DNA of 63,304 nucleotides, filler included, from Octopus bimaculoides (taxonomy: Eukaryota), in the NCBI RefSeq assembly GCF_001194135.2. It is 5 parts of 5 records of this genome, joined end to end, with 100 filler letters (N's around TTAATTAATTAA, not from the genome) between each part and the next. Parts side by side here need not be neighbours in the genome. Positions count along the whole stretch, not along the records: positions 47,936 to 63,304 come from NW_026381960.1; 4 more parts are not named here. The stretch is one strand, 5' to 3'. Position numbers and translations under genes: made by a program. The notes under the pieces were generated by a model, which was not told where the DNA came from, made no database searches, and saw nothing but the letters and a program-made list of their open reading frames with translations. The stretch's first letter is position 1, and each line of letters opens with the position of its first letter. This document shows, piece after piece, positions 52,823 through 63,304 of the stretch.

Positions 52823-53212
52823 TTGTTGTTGGCACTCCGTCGCTCACGGCGTCATGGGTTCCAGTTGATCCGATCAACGGAACAGACTGCACGTGAAATT
52901 AACGTGCAAGTGACTGAGCACTCCACAGACACGTCTACCCTTAACGTAGTTCTCAGGGGATATTCAGCTTGACACAGTGTGACAAAGCTGACCCTTTGAA
53001 TTACAGGCACAACAGAAACAGGAAGTAAGAGTGAGAGAAAGTTGTGGTGGAAGAGTACAGCAGGGTTCGCCACCATCCCCTGCCGGAGCCTCGTGGCACT
53101 TTAGGATTTTTCGCTCAATAAACACTCACAATGCCCGGTCTGGGAATCGAAACCGCAATCCTCTATGACCGCGAGTCCGCTACCCTAACCACTGGGCCAT
53201 TGCGCCTCCACT
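52823..53212 (-). mobile_element. SINE family B, full length with TSD
   Basis: Complete head and tail; 10-bp direct repeat CTTAAAGGTA at 52813-52822 and 53213-53222. Confidence 0.95.
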
Positions 53213-53849
53213 CTTAAAGGTAATACAGTCTTTAAATAATGTAAGACACAGACCAGGTGTGAAATATGTATGCTGAGGAAAGAGATAGAATGAGATGATA
53301 TGACCTTCCCGCTGCCAATGCATCGTAAGCAATTCTTCGTAAGTTTGTGCTAAGAGAACGTCATATTTTGGCTTGTCGCCAATTTTCTATTATCAGTAAC
53401 AATTATTAGGCCAAATGGTTTAATGAATATCCTTCACCCTAGCTTAGGACACTCGTTCTTCTTTTCGTAATACAACTACATTAAATGCAAAGCAATTTTT
53501 GATAGATTTAAAAACGAAAGAGTGTTTTATATGTTGGCAAACATTGCAAAGAAAGTTTTATGGTGGGGGTTGTGCCGAATGAATGCTAACAATATACACC
53601 TTTTACAGTGGAGGCGTCTTGTCCGTACCTTCGACACGCGGAGTAGATAAAACAGGGGACAACTGATGAAGGGAATGTTCTTTATGTTGCCTGTCTCGTT
53701 TCTCTGTTTGATTGTTTCTTTCGTTGTTCGAAAAAAGTTAGTTTCTATGTTTTTGGTTTTTATGTTCACGTTTCTCACTTTGTCTACGCTTTGCTGATGT
53801 CCTGTAACAATATATGCATGTGTATATGTATATGTGTGTGTGTGCGTGT

Positions 53850-53887
<38 letters not shown>

Positions 53888-54931
53888 GTATGTACATATA
53901 CGTATGTATTCATATACATATATTTATATATTATTTATATTATATAATCGGACAACATGCATCCGTTNNNNNNNNNNNNNNNNNNNNNNNNNNNNNNNNN
54001 NNNNNNNNNNNNNNNNNNNNNNNNNNNNNNNNNNNNNNNNNNNNNNNNNNNNNNNNNNNNNNNNNNNNNNNNNNNNNNNNNNNNNNNNNNNNNNNNNNNN
54101 NNNNNNNNNNNNNNNNNNNNNNNNNNNNNNNNNNNNNNNNNNNNNNNNNNNNNNNNNNNNNNNNNNNNNNNNNNNNNNNNNNNNNNNNNNNNNNNNNNNN
54201 NNNNNNNNNNNNNNNNNNNNNNNNNNNNNNNNNNNNNNNNNNNNNNNNNNNNNNNNNNNNNNNNNNNNNNNNNNNNNNNNNNNNNNNNNNNNNNNNNNNN
54301 NNNNNNNNNNNNNNNNNNNNNNNNNNNNNNNNNNNNNNNNNNNNNNNNNNNNNNNNNNNNNNNNNNNNNNNNNNNNNNNNNNNNNNNNNNNNNNNNNNNN
54401 NNNNNNNNNNNNNNNNNNNNNNNNNNNNNNNNNNNNNNNNNNNNNNNNNNNNNNNNNNNNNNNNNNNNNNNNNNNNNNNNNNNNNNNNNNNNNNNNNNNN
54501 NNNNNNNNNNNNNNNNNNNNNNNNNNNNNNNNNNNNNNNNNNNNNNNNNNNNNNNNNNNNNNNNNNNNNNNNNNNNNNNNNNNNNNNNNNNNNNNNNNNN
54601 NNNNNNNNNNNNNNNNNNNNNNNNNNNNNNNNNNNNNNNNNNNNNNNNNNNNNNNNNNNNNNNNNNNNNNNNNNNNNNNNNNNNNNNNNNNNNNNNNNNN
54701 NNNNNNNNNNNNNNNNNNNNNNNNNNNNNNNNNNNNNNNNNNNNNNNNNNNNNNNNNNNNNNNNNNNNNNNNNNNNNNNNNNNNNNNNNNNNNNNNNNNN
54801 NNNNNNNNNNNNNNNNNNNNNNNNNNNNNNNNNNNNNNNNNNNNNNNNNNNNNNNNNNNNNNNNNNNNNNNNNNNNNNNNNNNNNNNNNNNNNNNNNNNN
54901 NNNNNNNNNNNNNNNNNNNNNNNNNNNNNNN

Positions 54932-55310
54932 CTCTTTTTTACTCTTTTACTTGTTTCAGTCATTTGACTGCGGCCATGCTGGAGCACCGCCATTTTTAGT
55001 CGAGCAAATCGACTCCAGAACTTATTCTTTGGAAGCCTAGTACTTATTGTATCGATCTCTTTGTCGAACCGCTAAGTTACGGGGACGTAAGCACACACCA
55101 GCATCAGTTGTCAAGCGATGTTGGGGGGACAAACACAGACACATACACACACACATACATATATACATATATACGACGGGCTTCTTTCAGTTTCCGCCTA
55201 CCAAATCCACTCACAAGGCTTTGGTCGGCCCGAAGCTATAGTAGAAGACACTTGCCCAAGGTGCCACGCAGTGGGACTGAACCCCGAACCATGTGGTTGG
55301 TAAGCAAGCT
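54932..55310 (-). mobile_element. SINE family A, near full length
   Basis: Colinear with 21145-21530. Confidence 0.9.
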
Positions 55311-55651
55311 ATATATATATATACATATTTACATACACACACACATACTCATATACCCTGCAATTAACAGTGTGTGTGTGTGTGTGTGTNNNNNNNNNNN
55401 NNNNNNNNNNNNNNNNNNNNNNNNNNNNNNNNNNNNNNNNNNNNNNNNNNNNNNNNNNNNNNNNNNNNNNNNNNNNNNNNNNNNNNNNNNNNNNNNNNNN
55501 NNNNNNNNNNNNNNNNNNNNNNNNNNNNNNNNNNNNNNNNNNNNNNNNNNNNNNNNNNNNNNNNNNNNNNNNNNNNNNNNNNNNNNNNNNNNNNNNNNNN
55601 NNNNNNNNNNNNNNNNNNNNNNNNNATATATATATATATATATATATATAT

Positions 55652-55741
<90 letters not shown>

Positions 55742-55814
55742 TGGAAGGTTTGGAGGTGATGTACAGGAATTATACGATATATACATATATATATATATAT
55801 GCATATACATATAT

Positions 55815-55958
55815 ACGCCGGGTGTCCTTCAGTTTCCGTCTACCAAATCCACTCACAAGGCTTTGGTCGGCCTGAGGGTATAGTTGAAGACACTTGCCCA
55901 AGGACTGAAACCGGAACCATGTGGTTGGTAAGCGAGCTACTTACCACACAGCCACTCC
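55815..55958 (-). mobile_element. SINE family A, 5' half
   Basis: cttcagtttccgtctaccaaatccactcacaaggctttggtcggcc...cttaccacacagccactcc. Confidence 0.85.
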
Positions 55959-56064
55959 TATGCCTATGTAATATATAAACACATATGTATGTGTATCTGC
56001 GTGTGTGTGTGAGCTGTGCATGTGTGTGTGTGTGTGTGTGTGTAAATATATATATATTGTGGCT

Positions 56065-56495
56065 GTCTAGTAAGATGTTTGCTTCCCAAGCACATGTTTC
56101 CGGGTTCGATTTCACGCAGTGGGCAAGTGTCATCTACTTGGACCGACCAAAGCTTTGTGAGTGGATTTGTTAGATGGGAACTGTAAGAAACTAGTCGTAT
56201 ATATATATGTGTGTGTGTATGTGTGTGTGTGTATGTGTGCGTGTGTGTGTGTATTTATGTCTGTGCGTATCTGTGTATTTATGAGTCTATGTCTGTGTCT
56301 TTTTTTCTCCCTCCCACCATCGCTTGTCAACTGATACTGGTGTGCTTATGTCGTCGTAAGGTAGCGGTTCGGTAATAGAAACCGATAGAATAAGTACTCG
56401 GCTTACAAAGACGACGCCCTGAGGTCGATTTTTTCGACTAAAACGTTTCAAGAGGGTGCTCCAGCATGGCCGCAGTCGAAAAACTGAAACAAAAG
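56065..56495 (+). mobile_element. SINE family A, degenerate full length
   Basis: gtggctgtctagtaag...ccgaccaaagctttgtgagtggatttg...gtgctccagcatggccgcagtc. Confidence 0.8.
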
Positions 56496-56587
56496 AGGAA
56501 TATGTATGTGTGTTTGTGTGTGTGGGTGTGTGTCTGATTGTATATGTGTGTGAGGGAGAAAGAGAGAGAGGGAGAGAGAGGGAGAGA

Positions 56588-56632
<45 letters not shown>

Positions 56633-57221
56633 NNNNNNNNNNNNNNNNNNNNNNNNNNNNNNNNNNNNNNNNNNNNNNNNNNNNNNNNNNNNNNNNNNNN
56701 NNNNNNNNNNNNNNNNNNNNNNNNNNNNNNNNNNNNNNNNNNNNNNNNNNNNNNNNNNNNNNNNNNNNNNNNNNNNNNNNNNNNNNNNNNNNNNNNNNNN
56801 NNNNNNNNNNNNNNNNNNNNNNNNNNNNNNNNNNNNNNNNNNNNNNNNNNNNNNNNNNNNNNNNNNNNNNNNNNNNNNNNNNNNNNNNNNNNNNNNNNNN
56901 NNNNNNNNNNNNNNNNNNNNNNNNNNNNNNNNNNNNNNNNNNNNNNNNNNNNNNNNNNNNNNNNNNNNNNNNNNNNNNNNNNNNNNNNNNNNNNNNNNNN
57001 NNNNNNNNNNNNNNNNNNNNNNNNNNNNNNNNNNNNNNNNNNNNNNNNNNNNNNNNNNNNNNNNNNNNNNNNNNNNNNNNNNNNNNNNNNNNNNNNNNNN
57101 NNNNNNNNNNNNNNNNNNNNNNNNNNNNNNNNNNNNNNNNNNNNNNNNNNNNNNNNNNNNNNNNNNNNNNNNNNNNNNNNNNNNNNNNNNNNNNNNNNNN
57201 NNNNNNNNNNNNNNNNNNNNN

Positions 57222-57272
<51 letters not shown>

Positions 57273-57582
57273 ATATGTGTATGTATATATCCGGCTACTT
57301 GTTCTAACATCTGTAGCTATGTCTAGTAATCACACATATTCCCGAATTTTCGTCTATTTCCTGATGTGTTTTTACGTACACACACACAAACACATGCACA
57401 AACATATACATATGCACGCACACACAGACAGACAAACATAGTCACATTCGCACACATATTACATTGTATCTAAGCTGACCAGTGTCCTGTTACTACAGAG
57501 TGATCTATCTAAACTGCCTCGCTATATATAAATATATACACTCAACATACATTTGCAGATGTATATATATATGTGTTATTTC

Positions 57583-57807
57583 TTTACTACCCACAAGGGG
57601 CTACACACAGAGGGGACAAACAAGGACAGACAAACGGATTAAGTCGATTATATCGACCCCAGTGCGTAACTGGTACTTATTTAATCGACCCCGAAAGGAT
57701 GAAAGGCAAAGTCGACCACGGCGGAATTTGAACTCAGAACGTAGCGGCAGACGAAATACCGCTAAGCATTTCGCCCGGCGTGCTAACGTTTCTGCCAGCT
57801 CGCCGCC
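57583..57807 (-). mobile_element. SINE family C, well preserved
   Basis: Head ggcggcgagctggcagaaacgttagc...ttctgagttcaaattccgccg with A/B-box-like motifs. Confidence 0.9.
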
Positions 57808-58237
57808 ACATATATATATATGTATATATATGCATGTATATAATCATATATGCATGCATATATATCTGTACATATCTACATATACATATTTACATATACA
57901 TACACGTAAGCATTTAATTATATGTATGAATTTAGACATATGCTATGTATGTACGTATGTANNNNNNNNNNNNNNNNNNNNNNNNNNNNNNNNNNNNNNN
58001 NNNNNNNNNNNNNNNNNNNNNNNNNNNNNNNNNNNNNNNNNNNNNNNNNNNNNNNNNNNNNNNNNNNNNNNNNNNNNNNNNNNNNNNNNNNNNNNNNNNN
58101 NNNNNNNNNNNNNNNNNNNNNNNNNNNNNNNNNNNNNNNNNNNNNNNNNNNNNNNNNNNNNNNNNNNNNNNNNNNNNNNNNNNNNNNNNNNNNNNNNNNN
58201 NNNNNNNNNNNNNNNNNNNNNNNNNNNNNNNNNNNNN

Positions 58238-58276
<39 letters not shown>

Positions 58277-58674
58277 TAGATAGATAGATAGAGAAAGAGA
58301 GAGAGAGAGGGGGAATTATATATATATGTATATATATGCATGTATATAATCATATATGCATGCATATATATCTGTACATATCTACATATACATATTTACA
58401 TATACATACACGTAAGCATTTAATTATATGTATGAATTTAGACATATGCTATGTATGTACGTATGTACGTATGTATGTATGGATAGACGGATGGATGGAT
58501 GGACGGATGGATGGATGTCTCTATCTACCTATATGCGTATGTATTAAATTAAATGTTAAACAATTACGTATAATACACAGATATGTAGTACTAGTTCTAT
58601 GTTGCGACTAAGTTTGATGCGAATGGGAATAGTTTGGTTATTTTTTTCTCTGACATTAGTCATGTGATTTAAGC

Positions 58675-58717
58675 ACCTCTGATGAGACTTGAATAACGGT
58701 CGAAAATCAGTCATGGT
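58675..58717 (+). ncRNA. Hammerhead-like motif (family H3, copy 1)
   Basis: ACCT-CTGATGA-GACT-TGAATAAC-GGTC-GAAA-ATCAG-TC-ATGGT; both cores intact, stems I and III weak. Confidence 0.5.
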
Positions 58718-58978
58718 TGTTCACAACATTTGTAGTCAACGAAGATACAGTTAAATTAAACATGTTTACATTACTCCAACGTAGACCTACATATCTTATA
58801 TTATATCCTGATACTGGACGGTTTTCTTTCGTCATTAATAGGCTTTTCATATTAAATCTGGTGTCAAATGGTTATAGTTTGTAAATTATGAACTCCAGTT
58901 CACTGGAGCAACTAAATTTGATGTGTATGTAAACAGATTTGCTACTGGTTTCTCTGGGATCACTCAAGTGATGTACAT

Positions 58979-59020
58979 ACCTCTGATGAGAGTCCAATAA
59001 GGACCGAAAATGGATGAAGG
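58979..59020 (+). ncRNA. Hammerhead-like motif (family H3, copy 2)
   Basis: CCT-CTGATGA-GAGTCC-AATAA-GGACC-GAAA-ATGGATG-AAGG; aligns ungapped to copy 1, 304 nt upstream; cleavage site degenerate. Confidence 0.4.
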
Positions 59021-59157
59021 CTATTAATTTTTTTTTTTTTGTATACAAAGGAATATGCAAATTTGAGATGTTTCTATGTCTACACGTATGTCTACACACG
59101 CACACACACTTCTATACATACACGCACACGTACACTCCTCCTACAGACACACACAAA

Positions 59158-59286
<129 letters not shown>

Positions 59287-59572
59287 GACACATAACGAAA
59301 AGCTGCACTTTCAATTCGTTAGGTCGCAAAACTGAAGTAAGCGCCAACACAGGCACACATAGTTTCGCACACACAACACACACGGACATACAAACACGCA
59401 TACACATGCACACACGTACACATATACATACACACACATACACTCACAAAAACACACAACATATACAAACTGGTGGAGCTTATTGTAATCTCGGAAGCAG
59501 CATTATGAAACTTCTTACATTATTTACATTATTTACGTTTGACAGATATTTGTCCTCATCTTATTTGTTGTT

Positions 59573-59618
59573 AACACAACGTTTCGGCTGATATACCCTC
59601 CAGCCTTCATCAGGTGTC
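59573..59618 (-). ncRNA. Minimal type I hammerhead ribozyme, apparently intact (family H2)
   Basis: GACAC-CTGATGA-A-GGCTG-GAGGGTATAT-CAGCC-GAAA-CG-TT-GTGTT: 5-bp stem I, perfect 5-bp stem II, intact core, palindrome AACGTT as stem III, GUU triplet. Confidence 0.8.
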
Positions 59619-60613
59619 TGATACATACATATATATATACCGCGCCCACATATATATATATGTTCTCTATGTGGCCTGTGTGTTTTTTTGTACCTTGTTT
59701 ATCATTTTGTCCAAGTATTTTTGCAACGTCATGTACACAGATATGCATCTATAGATGAAGGTATGTACATACATGTACATATATATATACATATACTCAT
59801 ATATATATANNNNNNNNNNNNNNNNNNNNNNNNNNNNNNNNNNNNNNNNNNNNNNNNNNNNNNNNNNNNNNNNNNNNNNNNNNNNNNNNNNNNNNNNNNN
59901 NNNNNNNNNNNNNNNNNNNNNNNNNNNNNNNNNNNNNNNNNNNNNNNNNNNNNNNNNNNNNNNNNNNNNNNNNNNNNNNNNNNNNNNNNNNNNNNNNNNN
60001 NNNNNNNNNNNNNNNNNNNNNNNNNNNNNNNNNNNNNNNNNNNNNNNNNNNNNNNNNNNNNNNNNNNNNNNNNNNNNNNNNNNNNNNNNNNNNNNNNNNN
60101 NNNNNNNNNNNNNNNNNNNNNNNNNNNNNNNNNNNNNNNNNNNNNNNNNNNNNNNNNNNNNNNNNNNNNNNNNNNNNNNNNNNNNNNNNNNNNNNNNNNN
60201 NNNNNNNNNNNNNNNNNNNNNNNNNNNNNNNNNNNNNNNNNNNNNNNNNNNNNNNNNNNNNNNNNNNNNNNNNNNNNNNNNNNNNNNNNNNNNNNNNNNN
60301 NNNNNNNNNNNNNNNNNNNNNTAAATCAAAATTCCTTAAATACTATCTGTAATTCTGTATTGACTTGAATGGAAAAATGTGCCACTCAAGGACGTTAGTT
60401 TGAACAATTTTCATGATGTTTCATATTTAGATGCTTTTATTAAATTCAATCAGTTGTTAAACATAAATGAATCTTAGAATTAAATGGTTTTGATTTACTG
60501 TCGGGGGCCTTTTGGTCAACCCTGTGTGTGTGTGTGTGTGTGTTAAACTGTTAATTCCAACACATTTCTTCTCTCTCCGTTTTTGCGTTCTCTCACCATT
60601 GTTTTCGTCTCGT

Positions 60614-60653
60614 CCCTTTCTTTCGAAGAGCGTAGGCTCGAAACGTCAAAGGG
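60614..60653 (+). ncRNA. Diverged family H1 hammerhead-like motif
   Basis: CCCTTT-CTTTCGA-A-GAGC-GTAG-GCTC-GAAA-CG-TC-AAAGGG; downstream ttcccgagcgtca.actaata shared with H1; 5' core mutated. Confidence 0.5.
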
Positions 60654-60816
60654 TTATCCGTCTTTCCCGAGCGTCAGACTAATAGACCGGCCTGTTTTTC
60701 CTTCCAGTCACAGCAACAACAGCAATGATAACAACAATAACAATGATAACAACGATGATATCAATAGTAATAATACGCTTCGAAATGGAGACAGGTCACC
60801 ACACGCAACCGATATT

Positions 60817-60827
60817 TATTATTATTA

Positions 60828-60891
<64 letters not shown>

Positions 60892-60950
60892 CATCATCAT
60901 CATTATCACCATTATTATCATCATCGTCATCATCGTTATCATCATCATCA

Positions 60951-61009
<59 letters not shown>

Positions 61010-61010
61010 T
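60817..61010. repeat. (TAT/CAT)n microsatellite
   Basis: Visible runs. Confidence 0.95.
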
Positions 61011-61032
61011 TATATATATATATATACATAAT

Positions 61033-61190
61033 TGTCACCCTGCGCGCGTATGCGAAAGCAGGGTATTGCAATCACTCGTCTTTGTTTGTTTCTCTGTGCG
61101 TTTGCAAAACTATTGGGAAACGGCTGAAGGGATTTTCACCAAATTTCGCAGAAATTCTCATTGGGTGAGTGCGTTCGAAATGAAGACCAT
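61033..61190 (+). mobile_element. Helentron/DINE-1-like non-autonomous element fragment
   Basis: Terminal hairpin accctgc...gcagggt, then tttgtttgttt and aaacggctgaagggattttcaccaaattt, an arrangement typical of HINE/DINE-1-like elements. Confidence 0.5.
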
Positions 61191-61238
61191 TTGGTTTGAT
61201 TATCTTCAAACATACATAAACACATACATAGATATGCG

Positions 61239-61269
<31 letters not shown>

Positions 61270-61374
61270 TAAGTGCAACACGACTCTCCCTTCTTTTAAT
61301 GATTAAGAGCAGAGTAGACAAAATTAATAGGGATGAAACAAAACACCACCAGACATGAACAACAGAATGACACC

Positions 61375-61412
<38 letters not shown>

Positions 61413-61545
61413 CTTTTCTATTTTAGGCGCAAGGCACGAAATTTTGGGGGAAGGGGCCAGACGATTAGATCGACCCCAGCACGCAACTGATACTTAATTC
61501 ATCTACACGAAAGGATGAAAAGGCAAAGTCGACCTCGGTGGATTT
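61413..61545 (-). mobile_element. SINE family C, 3' part
   Basis: aggcgcaaggcacgaaattttgggg...gatcgaccccag...gaaaggatgaaaaggcaaagtcgacctcgg. Confidence 0.8.
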
Positions 61546-61558
61546 TAATAACAACCAC

Positions 61559-61624
<66 letters not shown>

Positions 61625-61627
<3 letters not shown>

Positions 61628-61855
61628 TTTTTAAATGCTTTCTAATTGATGTATTAATACCAGCAGATGACAACGTTTCTCTAAAAGAAATGGAAAAACT
61701 TTCAAAATACAAAGACCTTGAAATAGAGATAACTCGAATGTGAAATCTAAAAACAGAAACGATTCCTATCATAGTAGGTGCCTTAGGTATAATAAAAAAA
61801 TATTCAGACAAATACATAACAAAAATACCAGGACTTACAAATATATATAACATAC
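61625..61855 (+). mobile_element. RLE-domain fragment of an R4/Dong-like non-LTR retrotransposon
   Basis: KCFLIDVLIPADDNVSLKEMEKLSKYKDLEIEITRM*NLKTETIPIIVGALGIIKKYSDKYITKIPG; starts directly after (TAA)n. Confidence 0.85.
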
Positions 61856-62759
61856 NNNNNNNNNNNNNNNNNNNNNNNNNNNNNNNNNNNNNNNNNNNNN
61901 NNNNNNNNNNNNNNNNNNNNNNNNNNNNNNNNNNNNNNNNNNNNNNNNNNNNNNNNNNNNNNNNNNNNNNNNNNNNNNNNNNNNNNNNNNNNNNNNNNNN
62001 NNNNNNNNNNNNNNNNNNNNNNNNNNNNNNNNNNNNNNNNNNNNNNNNNNNNNNNNNNNNNNNNNNNNNNNNNNNNNNNNNNNNNNNNNNNNNNNNNNNN
62101 NNNNNNNNNNNNNNNNNNNNNNNNNNNNNNNNNNNNNNNNNNNNNNNNNNNNNNNNNNNNNNNNNNNNNNNNNNNNNNNNNNNNNNNNNNNNNNNNNNNN
62201 NNNNNNNNNNNNNNNNNNNNNNNNNNNNNNNNNNNNNNNNNNNNNNNNNNNNNNNNNNNNNNNNNNNNNNNNNNNNNNNNNNNNNNNNNNNNNNNNNNNN
62301 NNNNNNNNNNNNNNNNNNNNNNNNNNNNNNNNNNNNNNNNNNNNNNNNNNNNNNNNNNNNNNNNNNNNNNNNNNNNNNNNNNNNNNNNNNNNNNNNNNNN
62401 NNNNNNNNNNNNNNNNNNNNNNNNNNNNNNNNNNNNNNNNNNNNNNNNNNNNNNNNNNNNNNNNNNNNNNNNNNNNNNNNNNNNNNNNNNNNNNNNNNNN
62501 NNNNNNNNNNNNNNNNNNNNNNNNNNNNNNNNNNNNNNNNNNNNNNNNNNNNNNNNNNNNNNNNAAGGCGAGACCCTGGAATTTGTTTCATTAAATCAAA
62601 ACTGAAATGACACGCGAAAAGTGCTTTTTTTTTTCTTCGAAGAATTCCCGTAATTCGTCGGAATGGTAAAGTTTAGGGAAGAGGAATTGAGAATTAAAGA
62701 ACAGAATCGCGATAGGTTGGAGAATGGTAATTTCTACCTATTAAATGCGGGAATAAATA

Positions 62760-62801
62760 ATGAGAGAGTGAGAGTAAGAGAGAGAGTGAGGGGGAGAGAG
62801 G

Positions 62802-62843
<42 letters not shown>

Positions 62844-62946
62844 GACAGAGAGAGAAAGAGAGGGAGAATGAGAGAGAAAGACAGAGACAGACAGACAGAC
62901 TGAGACAGAGACAGAGAGAGAGACAAAGAGACAGACAGACAGAGGT

Positions 62947-62977
<31 letters not shown>

Positions 62978-63132
62978 CAGAGACAGACAGAGAAAGAGAG
63001 GGAGAATGAGAGAGAAAGACAGAGAGAGAGAGACAGACAGACTGAGACAGAGACAGAGAGAGAAAGAGAGAGAATGAGAGTGAGAGACAGAGAGAGAGAG
63101 AAGTAGAGAGACAAAGAGACAGACAGACAGAG

Positions 63133-63167
<35 letters not shown>

Positions 63168-63205
63168 CAGACAGAGCTAGAGAGGAAGAGATAGAAACGG
63201 AGACA

Positions 63206-63237
<32 letters not shown>

Positions 63238-63247
63238 AATAAAGAAA

Positions 63248-63304
<57 letters not shown>
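62760..63304. repeat. GA/GACA/GAAA compound purine-rich microsatellite
   Basis: Visible runs with an internal duplicated unit. Confidence 0.95.

Noticed and set aside
57810-58470. Exact ~150-bp duplication flanking the 57962-58238 gap
   Set aside because: Most likely an assembly overlap or haplotype artefact.

Overview
Repeat-dense, AT-rich animal genomic DNA from a gapped draft assembly; roughly one sixth of the window is N. The SINE families, microsatellite load and retroelement remnants point to an octopus such as Octopus bimaculoides (inference). Four synthetic 100-bp linkers (44N-TTAATTAATTAA-44N) show that the window is stitched from separate pieces. There is no complete host gene; the best candidate is one signal-peptide first exon at 18498-18592. 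The rest is microsatellites, an interstitial (TTAGGG)n block, several tRNA-derived SINE families and decayed elements: a Gypsy with an intact 3' LTR and PPT; RTE, Tx1/L1-like, CR1/L2-like and restriction-like-endonuclease LINE fragments; two Penelope GIY-YIG fragments; Tc1/mariner fragments and MITEs; and a hAT MITE with an 8-bp TSD. The most notable hidden signal is about ten hammerhead-ribozyme or hammerhead-like motifs from several unrelated short-repeat families. Several have a palindromic minimal stem III, an extra A after A9, or stem covariation, consistent with a Penelope/retrozyme-like self-cleaving RNA system. A second notable signal is a dispersed repeat family that carries telomere-like TTAGGG tracts. 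All translations and RNA foldings were done by eye; no database searches were run.
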